Below, piece after piece: positions 42,634 through 53,230 of a stretch of 64,000 nucleotides of DNA (position 1 is its first letter; each line of letters opens with the position of its first letter). Below the pieces are notes generated by a model. It did no database searches. It was given only the letters and a program-made list of their open reading frames with translations, and was not told where the DNA came from. A program made the translations under genes and the position numbers. The DNA comes from an uncultured bacterium (lineage in GTDB: Bacteria > Verrucomicrobiota > Verrucomicrobiia > Limisphaerales > UBA8199): positions 32,001 through 96,000 of the forward strand of contig CAVVMW010000016.1 in the NCBI GenBank assembly GCA_963749495.1, given 5' to 3'.

Positions 42634-43014
42634 CTATCCCGGCGCGCGGATCGGCTCACGGGCGTGACCGGGTCAATGCCCAGCCAACAGAGGGCGCCGA
42701 TGAAGTACCAGCCGGCGATGACCTGGATGACCACGCTCCAGTCGTTGCCTGCCGCCTGCAGGATGTAGGGAATGGTCCAGGGCGCGAGCAATCCCCCGAG
42801 GCAACCCCAGGTATTCATCAAGCCGGAGAGCGTCCCGGCAAAGCGGCCTCCCAGGTCCATGCACCCGGCCCAGGAACCGGGCATGGCCATGTCATTGCCG
42901 AAGCAGGAGCACCCCATGGCCGCCATCGCCAGCACCGGGTGTTTCAGCCGCGCGGACACCAAGAGCATCAGGCAGGCGAGCGCGCAGCCCGTTGCGCCCA
43001 GGCCGCGCCTGGCC
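42634..43014 (-). pseudogene. MFS transporter 3' fragment, copy 1
   Basis: Matches 53231-53612. Confidence 0.9.
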
Positions 43015-43019
43015 GGACC

Positions 43020-43796
43020 GGCCCGCCGCCCCCTCCCCACCGGGCGCTCCAGGGCCTTATACCTACGAACCCTGTGACAACGTGGACCCGAACCCCGACT
43101 ACGAAAACGTGCTCACGGACTGAGCATCGTCCTCTGGAAGGCCGGTTCCGAGGCGGGCCTTTTCCTGGCGCTGGCATCTTCCCGGCCAGCTCGGCACACG
43201 GCCGGCACCCCTCCGGCGCAACTTTCAGCCGCTGTGCCGGCCCTCAGGCGCGACCACGCTCAAGGACTCCCGTGCTGCGCCGAAACCGGCACAATTTGCC
43301 GCTTGACGCCTCCTCCCCGTCTGGCCGCATGGCAATGGAATGAGCGAGACGCAAAACCAATTCTCCCTCACCCGCGCAGCGTCAATAACCGGCTGTGCGG
43401 CAAAAAAGCAATTTCCTATCACTCATAGCTGGTCTGCCGCTCGGTGGCGAGCGTGTTTTTCACCACTCGCAGGCTACCAGATTCCAGGCAGATCAGCTAT
43501 CGCTTTGTGGCGCCGGCGCCCTCTCCGAGCCAAGCACTCCTTCACCAGGAATTGCTTAGCGGCGCCTCATGGCGGAGGGCGGGGCTGTCAAGGTGGAGCG
43601 CAGCAGGGCACGAGGGCACGTGGCGAGCAATACCTTGACAGCCCCGCCCGGAGCCATACCCTGGCCGCGCCGGAATTTCTTGAAGCCCTTGCCTCGGGCG
43701 CCACGGGAGGTTTCCCGACCACCCCCCTCCCTGTGGTCCGCCGCTCGAGCGGAGCACGTGTACAGCTATTTCACCCAGGAATTCTGCGGAAGACCC
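43020..43796 (-). mobile_element. Non-autonomous ISL3 derivative, copy 1
   Basis: 43426-43796 resembles the reverse complement of the ISL3 left end up to its ATG; degenerate GF.RYKALE transposase tail near 43050. Confidence 0.7.
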
Positions 43797-43863
43797 ACAT
43801 TTGACAATTCGGATTTTAGATGTCAATTGCCGAGCTCCCACCCCAATGTCTACGAACCTTTTC

Positions 43864-45300
43864 TTAGAACGGACGTATTCGATAAAAGCGAGCTGGGTAA
43901 AGCGCCGAGGCGGGATCCTGGAAGGAAAACACATCGGGATGACGATCGCGATTTGAGGTCCGCAAAGGGACCCAGGCGCCAATGGCGAGGTTCGTGCAGG
44001 CCTCCAGCAGGACGGGGAGGTGTGCCGCGGTACCAATTTGGAGGGTGAAATGGCCGGCCTGGACGCCGGGCACGTCGAGCGCCCCACTCCAAACGCCCCC
44101 AAGCCTCGAGGGATTAGACGGGACCCAACTGGGCCAACCGGTCGTGCCAGGCAGGTACCAGATGGCCCCTTCCTGGACCCCGAGAGATGCGAACTGGCTC
44201 AGCGACATCCTGGGCGGGGCGTTGGCCATGAAGAACACGCAACGGAGGAAGGGGCAGTCCGCAAACGCGTTGTCTCCGAGATTGGTCAGGCTGCCTTCGA
44301 TCACGACGTTGGTCAGGGGGCACGCTGCAAAGGCCGACGCCCCGATGGTGGTCACGCTGCTGGGCAATGTCACGCTGCTCACCGCCGAGAACTGGAACGC
44401 GCTGTCCGGAATGATGACGACGCCTTCGGGAACGGTGTAGCTTCCGCCCAATCCCATCGGCCATTGCAGGAGGGTCGTGAGGCCCTTATCGAAAACCACT
44501 CCATTGACGCTGGCGTAAAACGCGTTATGCCCGTCCACGTTAATGGCCGTCATGCCAAGGCAGGCCACGAATACTTGCTCGCCCAGGTTGGTGACGCTGG
44601 CGGGGATGGTCACCTGTGTCAAGCCCGCGCCGTCAAAGGCCTGGTCACCAATACTGGTGACGCCGTTGGGAATCGTGAGGTTGGTCACCCATGGCGGAAG
44701 CCAAAAACCGCGCGAAAGCGCCCCTCCGACCGCGCCCCCAATGGCGGTCACGGGAAGCCCGTTGATGGTGGGTGGGAAGCTGACCGTGCGGCCGGAGCCG
44801 TCCCAATCCGTGACCGTCACGGCCGCGCCAATGGTTGTATAACTGAATATCGCCGGCGGGTTAATGAGGTTGGTGCACAAAAAGAAGGCCGAAATGCCTA
44901 AGGCGGTTAGGTTCGGGGGGAGGCTGACGTTCGTCAAGCCGCTGCAATAAGCGAACGCGCCGGCCGAGATGTTGGTGACGGTCCCTGGAATGGTGAGGCT
45001 GGTCAAGCCGCAACCCTCGAAGGCTCTTTCTCCGATGCTCCTGAGGCTGTCGGGGATCGTGACGCCCGTCAACCCGGGCACGAGAAAGAAGGCCCTATCC
45101 CCGATAGCGGTCACCGAGAGGCCATCAATGGCGCTTGGTATGATAACGTCGCCGCCGGACCCGCTATAGCCGGTGATGGTCGCCGAGCCCGCGTTGGTTG
45201 TGTAGCTGAAAGGACCGGACTGCTGCGCGCTCACTGACGCAAAGCCGCAGAAAAGCGCCAAGCCGACCACCGGCCCCACGGATTGCCAAGTTGATGCCAT
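43864..45300 (-). CDS. BspA-type leucine-rich repeat (LRR_5) surface protein, copy 1
   Basis: TIPDSLRSIGERAF, TIPNGVTSIGDQAF repeats; ends ARFYRIRPF. Confidence 0.9.
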   Translation of the reverse strand: MASTWQSVGPVVGLALFCGFASVSAQQSGPFSYTTNAGSATITGYSGSGGDVIIPSAIDGLSVTAIGDRAFFLVPGLTGVTIPDSLRSIGERAFEGCGLTSLTIPGTVTNISAGAFAYCSGLTNVSLPPNLTALGISAFFLCTNLINPPAIFSYTTIGAAVTVTDWDGSGRTVSFPPTINGLPVTAIGGAVGGALSRGFWLPPWVTNLTIPNGVTSIGDQAFDGAGLTQVTIPASVTNLGEQVFVACLGMTAINVDGHNAFYASVNGVVFDKGLTTLLQWPMGLGGSYTVPEGVVIIPDSAFQFSAVSSVTLPSSVTTIGASAFAACPLTNVVIEGSLTNLGDNAFADCPFLRCVFFMANAPPRMSLSQFASLGVQEGAIWYLPGTTGWPSWVPSNPSRLGGVWSGALDVPGVQAGHFTLQIGTAAHLPVLLEACTNLAIGAWVPLRTSNRDRHPDVFSFQDPASALYPARFYRIRPF

Positions 45301-45776
45301 ATCGTTCGCTCCAGCTTGGGCCTCCCACCCAGGCAAGTCAAGGAGGAAGTTCTCGGAGCATTGCGCCTGGCAACGGCCGCAGGCGTCAATCCACTTTTTA
45401 GTCGGGCCTTCGGCGCTCCGCTCGAAATCACCCCCGGTGGCCTGCCGTTTCGCGCGAGGCACCTCATGGCTGGGATGACGCTTCCGAGCCGGGGAGCGGC
45501 CCACACGAAACCCCGACGCACGAAGATAATCCAGCACCCCGGAAAAATCTAGCTTGCGTCCCAGGTACTGAGCTCGCCTGCACCCCGCTGGCTCTGCGCG
45601 CTCTCGTGGCCGCTTTTGGTAACGTTGGCTCCTTGACCTGGCGGAAAGCCAATGATAGCGTTGTCCCCATCCAGGGCGTCAAGGGCGGGCGTAGTCGCGC
45701 CTTTCATCCAGTCTGGCCGTGCGCCCCACCGAGACCCATGGAGACCGTAATTCCGACGCAAAACAGACCTTACGCA

Positions 45777-47157
45777 ATGAACTCAACAAGCCTAACCTAC
45801 CACCTGTGCCGCAACTTAGCTCTTGCGGGGGCATTGTCCGCCACCGTTTGCCTGGGCCAGGCACCCAACCCTTCGGCGGCGCAGCACAAACGTCCCCGGC
45901 CCGCAGGAACCGCGCCACTCATTCCTCCACCATCGGCCTTCTACATCACCAACTATCAGAGCTGGTACTACTGCGGGAACGTCCCAAATGTTTGGCCTCG
46001 GCTCGCAGGCCCACCCCTGCTGGGGAGATTTCGATTACATCATCGACAACGGAGCCGTAGATTTCCACAACGTCGTGCTCGGCCCGGGATGCTTCTTTAC
46101 CCGCGGGTGTTACGACCGGACGAGCCCCCTGGGCGGGCAGACATTCAAAGGCGATCCCGCCGGTACGACGCTCGTGCTTACAAACCAAACAACGGGGACG
46201 TGTGTGTTGTGGAGCGATGAAGACCAGATCACGGTCAACAACCTCGCTATCAACAGCGATCCCAATGCAAACACGACGTACACTGCTACCGGCGTTCTTC
46301 TTAAGGGGAACAGCAACACCGTGTCCGGCGTCACGGTCCGTCACGTTACCGGGTGGTACGCTTCAGGAGGGGAGGGCTTCGCGTTCCTTATCGGTCTGTG
46401 GGAGAAATCCGCGAACACGGTGAGCGGCTGTACCGTGAGCGGCTCCCGGGGAGATTACAATGGCGTCGACGGCATTGGCTTCATGGGCGGCGGCGTCGTG
46501 CAAAACAACACCGTTAACATGACCGCCGGTTGCGGCATGTGCATCAACTCGGCCTGGGCCAATTCGGCAACCTACGTAAGTAACAATTGCACGGGCGGCT
46601 GGGTTGGGTTCTACAACGATACCGCGGGCAACACCAACGTGACGCTGGAAAACAATAACTTCGTAGGGATGACGCAAGTGCTCCCTGGTGGCGCGGCGGC
46701 GTACGGCCTCTGCATGGGGGTCGCGGGGACTAGCTTCCAAGGCATCACCAACCTCGTCATTTCGGGTAACCTATTCAAACCGTCCGGGGACCCACCGTCC
46801 TACGGCATCGCCATCGCGAACGATCGGGCCAGACTAGGTCCTCAGATCCAAAATGTCACCATCACGAACAACACCGTCCAGTTCGATGGAGGCACGTCGG
46901 GGGAGTGTGTGGCGCTCCACCTTTGCACGACGAACTGGGACCAATCCTTCCCGCCTTATTACTTTGGCAACTGCTATATTGGCTACAACTACATTCAGAC
47001 AAACGTCCAACAACATGTCGTGGGCATCGAATTGCACATGCAGCAGTGGACGGTCGACCACAACATGGATTTGTCTGGCGGGTACCTGTGTCCGCCCTGC
47101 TGGCCGACGAATGGGACGTTGACAACTTACACCAAGTTTTATTTTGAATACCCCTAA
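45777..47157 (+). CDS. Secreted right-handed beta-helix (pectin lyase-like) protein, frameshift ~45990
   Basis: Signal peptide in one frame; Asn/Thr-rich NVTITNNT repeats in the next. Confidence 0.65.
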
Positions 47158-47577
47158 GCCCTGCGGCCTGGGGGGGGCGGCCGGCACCGCGCCGGTCCCT
47201 GGACGCCCGCGCCGGCCGCCACATCTGGCCGTGGCAGAACTCCCCGGGAGAAATGAACTGGAGGTGTTGGCGAGGAGTGCTCTTTACTCCGGTCAGGTCT
47301 TGGCCGGGCTGTGTGGTGTCTCGCCCCGCCACTTCCGGCGGTTGATGGCCAGCTTGCTTAGGCAATCTCCGCGCGCGTTTGTGGGGCAATTGCGCGTCGT
47401 GGACGCTGAGGGCCTTCTGGCACAGGGGTTCAATTTCAAACAGGTGGCGGGGCGCATTGGTTTCAGCCACAGGTCTCATTTCGACAGATTCTTTAAGGCC
47501 AAGACGGGTATGACGCCGGGGCAGTATCTGGAGAGCCGCCTGTCCAAGGACAGCGGGCCCTCGTGTCTCCAAGCACC
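47144..47577 (+). CDS. AraC-type HTH protein, 3' end interrupted by ISL3
   Basis: LAGLCGVSPRHFRRL...VAGRIGFSHRSHFDRFFKAKTGMTPGQY. Confidence 0.75.
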
Positions 47578-49256
47578 GGGTCCCCCGCACAATTTGTGGG
47601 TGAAACATCTGGACACGTGTTCAGTTCGGAGGGTTGACGTTGGTGAGTTGGGCGGTCGTGGAACATCCCGCGGCACGCTCCGCGACGAATCGAGCGGCCT
47701 AACGGCCGGAGAAGGACTTCAAGCAATTCCGGCGCGGCCAGGGTATGGCTCCGGGCGGGGCTGTCAAGGTATTGCTCGCCACGTGCCCTCGTGCCCTGCT
47801 GCGCTCCACCTTGACAGCCCCGCCCTCCGCCATGATGCGCCGCTAAGGAATTGCTGGTGAAGGTGTGCTTGGCTCGGAGGGCTGCCCAGCGCCACAAAGC
47901 GATAGCTGATCTGCCTGGCTTGCGGTAGCCTGCGAGATGTGAAAAGCACGCCCGCCACCGAGCGGCAGACCAGCTATGCAATTGAAGGTTAAGACGGTTC
48001 TCAACGACATTCAACACTTTGTGGGCTTCGTTTACCAGGACATCCGCTTGTGCCGGGACCGCCGAGGCCGTGGCCGGCGGCTCGAGATCACCCTCCAACC
48101 CCATGGCGGCATTCCCGCCAAGTGCTCCCGGTGCCTGCAGCCAGTCCCCGGCTATGATCAGTTGCCCCAGCGGTCCTGGCTGTTTCCGCCGATGTGGGGC
48201 GTCAAGACCTATTTCCTCTACCCCCCGCGGCGGGTCAATTGTCCGCAGGACGGGGTGGTCGTCGAGCATATCCCCTGGAGCCAGGGCAAGCGGCCGGTGA
48301 CGACGGCGATGATGGGCCTCTTGGCCCGGTGGGCCCGGCGGCTGTCCTGGAAGGAAACCGCCCAGGCCTTCCACACCAGTTGGGAGGCCGTCTACCGTTC
48401 GGTGCAGTGGTTCGTCCAATGGGGTTTGGAGCACCGGCGCCTGGAGGGTGTGGAGGCCATCGGAGTGGACGAGATCCATTGGGGCAAGGGCCAGAAGGCC
48501 GACAACTTCCTGACGGTGATTTACCAGATTGACCCCCACTGTCGGCGCTTGCTGTGGCTGGGTCGGCGGCGCACTCAAGCCACGTTGCGGCGGGGCTTGG
48601 CAGAATTGGGAGCCCCGGTGGTCAGCGCTCTGAAGTATGTGTGCAGCGACATGTGGAAGCCCTACCTGAAGGTGATCGCGGCCAAGATACCGCAGGCGCT
48701 CAACGTGCTGGACCGCTTTCATATCGTGGGGCACCTCAACGAGGCGGTGGACGAGGTGCGCCGGGGCGAGCAGTCGCGCTTGCACGGCCGGCCCCTGGCT
48801 CAGCGGCTCAAGGGCATGCGCTGGCAGTTGTTGCGCCGGGGCAGCCGGGTGCGGGGCCGTGCCCGCTCCAAGCTCAACGCCCTGTTGGCCAGCAAGCTGG
48901 CGACGGCACGGGCCTGGAACCTCAAGGAGAGCTTCGACTACCTTTGGCACTACCGTTCTCCGATCTATGTGGTGGCCTATCTGGGTTATTGGTGCGCTCG
49001 AGCCATGCGCAGCCGGCTCGAACCAATGAAGAAGGTGGCCCGGATGCTGCGCGCCCATGAGCCGTTGATCTTGAATTGGTTCGAGGCCAAAGGTGAGCTC
49101 TCCAGCGCCGCCGTCGAGGGCCTGAACAACAAGATTCGAGTGGTAACCAGACGATCTTACGGCTTCCGCACCTATCCAGCCATGGAATTGGCCCTGTATC
49201 ATTGCCTTGGCCGCTTACCCGAGCCTCGACTTACCCATACATTCTGCTGACCAGTC
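47578..49256 (+). mobile_element. Complete ISL3-family insertion sequence
   Basis: Imperfect 24-bp terminal IRs; 8-bp target duplication CAAGCACC at 47570-47577 and 49257-49264. Confidence 0.92.
47976..49250 (+). CDS. ISL3 family transposase
   Basis: CSRC zinc finger, IGVDE, CSDMWKPY, LDRFH, VEGLNNKIR..RRSYGFR. Confidence 0.95.
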   Translation: MQLKVKTVLNDIQHFVGFVYQDIRLCRDRRGRGRRLEITLQPHGGIPAKCSRCLQPVPGYDQLPQRSWLFPPMWGVKTYFLYPPRRVNCPQDGVVVEHIPWSQGKRPVTTAMMGLLARWARRLSWKETAQAFHTSWEAVYRSVQWFVQWGLEHRRLEGVEAIGVDEIHWGKGQKADNFLTVIYQIDPHCRRLLWLGRRRTQATLRRGLAELGAPVVSALKYVCSDMWKPYLKVIAAKIPQALNVLDRFHIVGHLNEAVDEVRRGEQSRLHGRPLAQRLKGMRWQLLRRGSRVRGRARSKLNALLASKLATARAWNLKESFDYLWHYRSPIYVVAYLGYWCARAMRSRLEPMKKVARMLRAHEPLILNWFEAKGELSSAAVEGLNNKIRVVTRRSYGFRTYPAMELALYHCLGRLPEPRLTHTFC

Positions 49257-49279
49257 CAAGCACCATTTCAGAGTGCGAT

Positions 49280-49501
49280 GCGGGCGCGGGCATTCCCTTG
49301 ACCGGCCTTGACGCGGTGGCCGGGTTGGTGCGCGGCATGGTCGAGATGCTCTCCGCCGGAGTGGAGAAGGTCTTCTTCTACTACAGCGGCCACGAGAGCG
49401 GCGCGATGCCGTGGTTTTCGGTGATGGCCAACGGCTACTCCGTGCGTCTGGACTACGACGGCCGGCCCAAGCCGAGGATGATGGCTTACAGCGCACTTTA
49501 A
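49280..49501 (+). pseudogene. Fragment of a hydrolase-like gene
   Basis: LSAGVEKVFFYY...DYDGRPKP..MAYSAL; no N-terminus. Confidence 0.4.
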
Positions 49502-49860
49502 AGGGGTCGGTCCCGGAATTCTGAATATTCCCTCGACAGCAATGGACTGTCCTGGGACCACCGGCACCTGAATAGTTACGCAAGGACATCAACCTGGCGC
49601 TGCTCGGCGAACCGGCGAATATCGAACGCCTGTGGGTCCCGAACTCGAGGCCATGCGGCTCGATGAGGCACGAAGGAAACGGGACTCCAGCCAGGGGTAG
49701 TTTCCACGAGCGCCGCGAGTCCGTACCTTTGTCGCAACCTTTGTCGCAGCCTTTGCCGGGTTGGCCGGGCCTCGACAAAGGTACCGACAAAGGCTGCGAC
49801 AAAGGTCTGGGATCGGAGCTTCCAGGTTAGTTTTGCCAACCGCTCGAAGGGCGCGCCGCG

Positions 49861-50242
49861 CTATCCCGGCGCGCGGATCGACTCCACGGGCGTGACCGGG
49901 TCAATGCCCAGCCAACAGAGGGCGCCGATGAAGTACCAGCCGGCGATGACCTGGATGACCACGCTCCAGTCGTTGCCTGCCGCCTGCAGGATGTAGGGAA
50001 TGGTCCAGGGCGCGAGCAATCCCCCGAGGCAACCCCAGGTATTCATCAAGCCGGAGAGCGTCCCGGCAAAGCGGCCTCCCAGGTCCATGCACCCGGCCCA
50101 GGAACCGGGCATGGCCATGTCATTGCCGAAGCAGGAACACCCCATGGCCGCCATCGCCAGCACCGGGTGTTTCAGCCGCGCGGACACCAAGAGCATCAGG
50201 CAGGCGAGCGCGCAGCCCGTTGCACCCAGACCGCGCCTGGCC
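49861..50242 (-). pseudogene. MFS transporter 3' fragment, copy 2
   Basis: Matches 53231-53612. Confidence 0.9.
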
Positions 50243-50247
50243 GGACC

Positions 50248-51024
50248 GGCCCGCCGCCCCCTCCCCACCGGGCGCTCCAGGGCCTTATACCTACGAACCC
50301 TGTGACAACGTGGACCCGAACCCCGACTACGAAAACGTGCTCACGGACTGAGCATCGTCCTCTGGAACGCCGGTTCCGAGGCGGGCCTTTTCCTGGCGCT
50401 GGCATCTTCCCGGCCAGCTCGGCACACGGCCGGCACCCCTCCGGCGCAACTTTCAGCCGCTGTGCCGGCCCTCAGGCGCGACCACGCTCAAGGACTCCCG
50501 TGCTGCGCCGAAACCGGCACAATTTGCCGCTTGACGCCTCCTCCCCGTCTGGCCGCATGGCAATGGAATGAGCGAGACGCAAAACCAATTCTCCCTCACC
50601 CGCGCAGCGTCAATAACCGGCTGTGCGGCAAAAAAGCAATTTCCTATCACTCATAGCTGGTCTGCCGCTCGGTGGCGAGCGTGTTTTTCACCACTCGCAG
50701 GCTACCAGATTCCAGGCAGATCAGCTATCGCTTTGTGGCGCCGGCGCCCTCTCCGAGCCAAGCACTCCTTCACCAGGAATTGCTTAGCGGCGCCTCATGG
50801 CGGAGGGCGGGGCTGTCAAGGTGGAGCGCAGCAGGGCACGAGGGCACGTGGCGAGCAATACCTTGACAGCCCCGCCCGGAGCCATACCCTGGCCGCGCCG
50901 GAATTTCTTGAAGCCCTTGCCTCGGGCGCCACGGGAGGTTTCCCGACCACCCCCCTCCCTGTGGTCCGCCGCTCGAGCGGAGCACGTGTACAGCTATTTC
51001 ACCCAGGAATTCTGCGGAAGACCC
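50248..51024 (-). mobile_element. Non-autonomous ISL3 derivative, copy 2
   Basis: Near-identical to 43020-43796. Confidence 0.7.
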
Positions 51025-51091
51025 ACATTTGACAATTCGGATTTTAGATGTCAATTGCCGAGCTCCCACCCCAATGTCTACGAACCTTTTC

Positions 51092-52528
51092 TTAGAACGG
51101 ACGTATTCGATAAAAGCGAGCTGGGTAAAGCGCCGAGGCGGGATCCTGGAAAGAAAACACATCGGGATGACGATCGCGATTTGAGGTCCGCAAAGGGACC
51201 CAGGCGCCAATGGCGAGGTTCGTGCGGGCCTCCAGCAGAACGGGGAGGTGTGCCGCGGTACCAATTTGGAGGGTGAAATGGCCGGCCTGGACGCCGGGCA
51301 CGTCGAGCGCCCCACTCCAAACGCCCCCAAGCCTCGAGGGATTAGACGGGACCCAACTGGGCCAACCGGTCGTGCCAGGCAGGTACCAGATGGCCCCTTC
51401 CTGGACCCCGAGAGATGCGAACTGGCTCAGCGACATCCTGGGCGGGGCGTTGGCCATGAAGAACACGCAACGGAGGAAGGGGCAGTCCGCAAACGCGTTG
51501 TCTCCGAGATTGGTCAGGCTGCCTTCGATCACGACGTTGGTCAGGGGGCACGCTGCAAAGGCCGACGCCCCGATGGTGGTCACGCTGCTGGGCAATGTCA
51601 CGCTGCTCACCGCCGAGAACTGGAACGCGCTGTCCGGAATGATGACGACGCCTTCGGGAACGGTGTAGCTTCCGCCCAATCCCATCGGCCATTGCAGGAG
51701 GGTCGTGAGGCCCTTATCGAAAACCACTCCATTGACGCTGGCGTAAAACGCGTTATGCCCGTCCACGTTAATGGCCGTCATGCCAAGGCAGGTCACGAAT
51801 ACTTGCTCGCCCAGGTTGGTGACGCTGGCGGGGATGGTCACCTGTGTCAAGCCCGCGCCGTCAAAGGCCTGGTCACCAATACTGGTGACGCCGTTGGGAA
51901 TCGTGAGGTTGGTCACCCATGGCGGAAGCCAAAAACCGCCCCAAAGCGCCCCTTCGACCGCGCCCCCAATGGCGGTCACGGGAAGCCCGTTGATGGTGGG
52001 TGGGAAGCTGACCGTGCGGCCGGAGCCGTCCCAATCCGTGACCGTCACGGCCGCGCCAATGGTTGTATAACTGAATATCGCCGGCGGGTTAATGAGGTTG
52101 GTGCACAAAAAGAAGGCCGAAATGCCTAAGGCGGTTAGGTTCGGGGGGAGGCTGACGTTCGTCAAGCCGCTGCAATAAGCGAACGCGCCGGCCGAGATGT
52201 TGGTGACGGTCCCTGGAATGGTGAGGCTGGTCAAGCCGCAACCCTCGAAGGCTCTTTCTCCGATGCTCCTGAGGCTGTCGGGGATCGTGACGCCCGTCAA
52301 CCCGGGCACGAGAAAGAAGGCCCTATCCCCGATAGCGGTCACCGAGAGGCCATCGATGGCGCTTGGTATGATAACGTTGCCGCCGGACCCGCTATAGCTG
52401 GTGATGGTTGCCGAGCCCGCGTTGGTTGTGTAGCTGAAAGGACCGGACTGCTGCGCGCTCACTGACGCAAAGCCGCAGAAAAGCGCCAAGCCGACCACCG
52501 GCCCCACGGATTGCCAAGTTGATGCCAT
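51092..52528 (-). CDS. BspA-type LRR_5 surface protein, copy 2
   Basis: Seven amino-acid differences seen vs 43864-45300. Confidence 0.9.
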   Translation of the reverse strand: MASTWQSVGPVVGLALFCGFASVSAQQSGPFSYTTNAGSATITSYSGSGGNVIIPSAIDGLSVTAIGDRAFFLVPGLTGVTIPDSLRSIGERAFEGCGLTSLTIPGTVTNISAGAFAYCSGLTNVSLPPNLTALGISAFFLCTNLINPPAIFSYTTIGAAVTVTDWDGSGRTVSFPPTINGLPVTAIGGAVEGALWGGFWLPPWVTNLTIPNGVTSIGDQAFDGAGLTQVTIPASVTNLGEQVFVTCLGMTAINVDGHNAFYASVNGVVFDKGLTTLLQWPMGLGGSYTVPEGVVIIPDSAFQFSAVSSVTLPSSVTTIGASAFAACPLTNVVIEGSLTNLGDNAFADCPFLRCVFFMANAPPRMSLSQFASLGVQEGAIWYLPGTTGWPSWVPSNPSRLGGVWSGALDVPGVQAGHFTLQIGTAAHLPVLLEARTNLAIGAWVPLRTSNRDRHPDVFSFQDPASALYPARFYRIRPF

Positions 52529-53230
52529 ATCGTTCGCTGCAGCTTGGGCCTCCCACCCAGGCAAGTCAAGGAGGAAGTTCTCGGAGACCTGCGATTCAGA
52601 CAGTGGGGGAAGGAATATGGTGCATATGGGCGGGGGGAGTTTTTGGCGACACCTTGGCCGGCCGCCGCGGCTTGGATTCAATGAAATCGGGGTCACATCT
52701 ATACTTTGTTACAGTGTGAGTCCGGGTCACCAAATGCTCCGCATGAGTCCCAGATTTTCGCATGTTCCCGCTTTCTGATTCCAGGAGGCCAGCATGGGCG
52801 CCGACCCGAACGCTTGAGTTTCACGGTCCGTTCCGACGCCCTGAACCGGCCCACAAACATGGTGGACGAGGAAAAGTCAGTCCCGGAATTCTGAATATTC
52901 CCTCGACAGCAATGGACTGTCCTGGGACCACCGGCACCTGAATAGTTACGCAAGGACATCAACCTGGCGCTGCTCGGCGAACCGGCGAATATCGAAGGCC
53001 TGTGGGTCCCGAACTCGAGGCCATGCGGCTCGATGAGGCACGAAGGAAACGGGACTCCAGCCAGGGGTAGTTTCCACGAGCGCCGCGAGTCCGTACCTTT
53101 GTCGCAACCTTTGTCGCAGCCTTTGCCGGGTTGGCCGGGCCTCGACAAAGGTACCGACAAAGGTTGCGACAAAGGTCTGGGATCGGAGCTTCCAGGTTAG
53201 TTTTGCCAACCGCTCGACGGGCGCGCCGCG

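Larger units (their letters stand above)
42401..45358. repeat. ~2.96-kb direct repeat, copy 1
   Basis: Near-identical to 49628-52586 (offset 7227-7228). Confidence 0.95.
49510..52586. repeat. Direct repeat copy 2 (collapsed NTase stub, 12-mer hairpin, MFS tail, ISL3 derivative, LRR gene)
   Basis: 49628-52586 matches copy 1; 49510-50242 matches 52880-53612. Confidence 0.95.

Noticed and set aside
43864..52528. Diversity-generating retroelement template/variable pair
   Set aside because: Differences are not adenine-specific (C/G changes present), the whole gene is duplicated, and no reverse transcriptase is visible.
42401..52586. Composite transposon bounded by ISL3 copies
   Set aside because: The intact ISL3 has its own target duplication (simple insertion), and the duplication ends do not coincide with IS ends.
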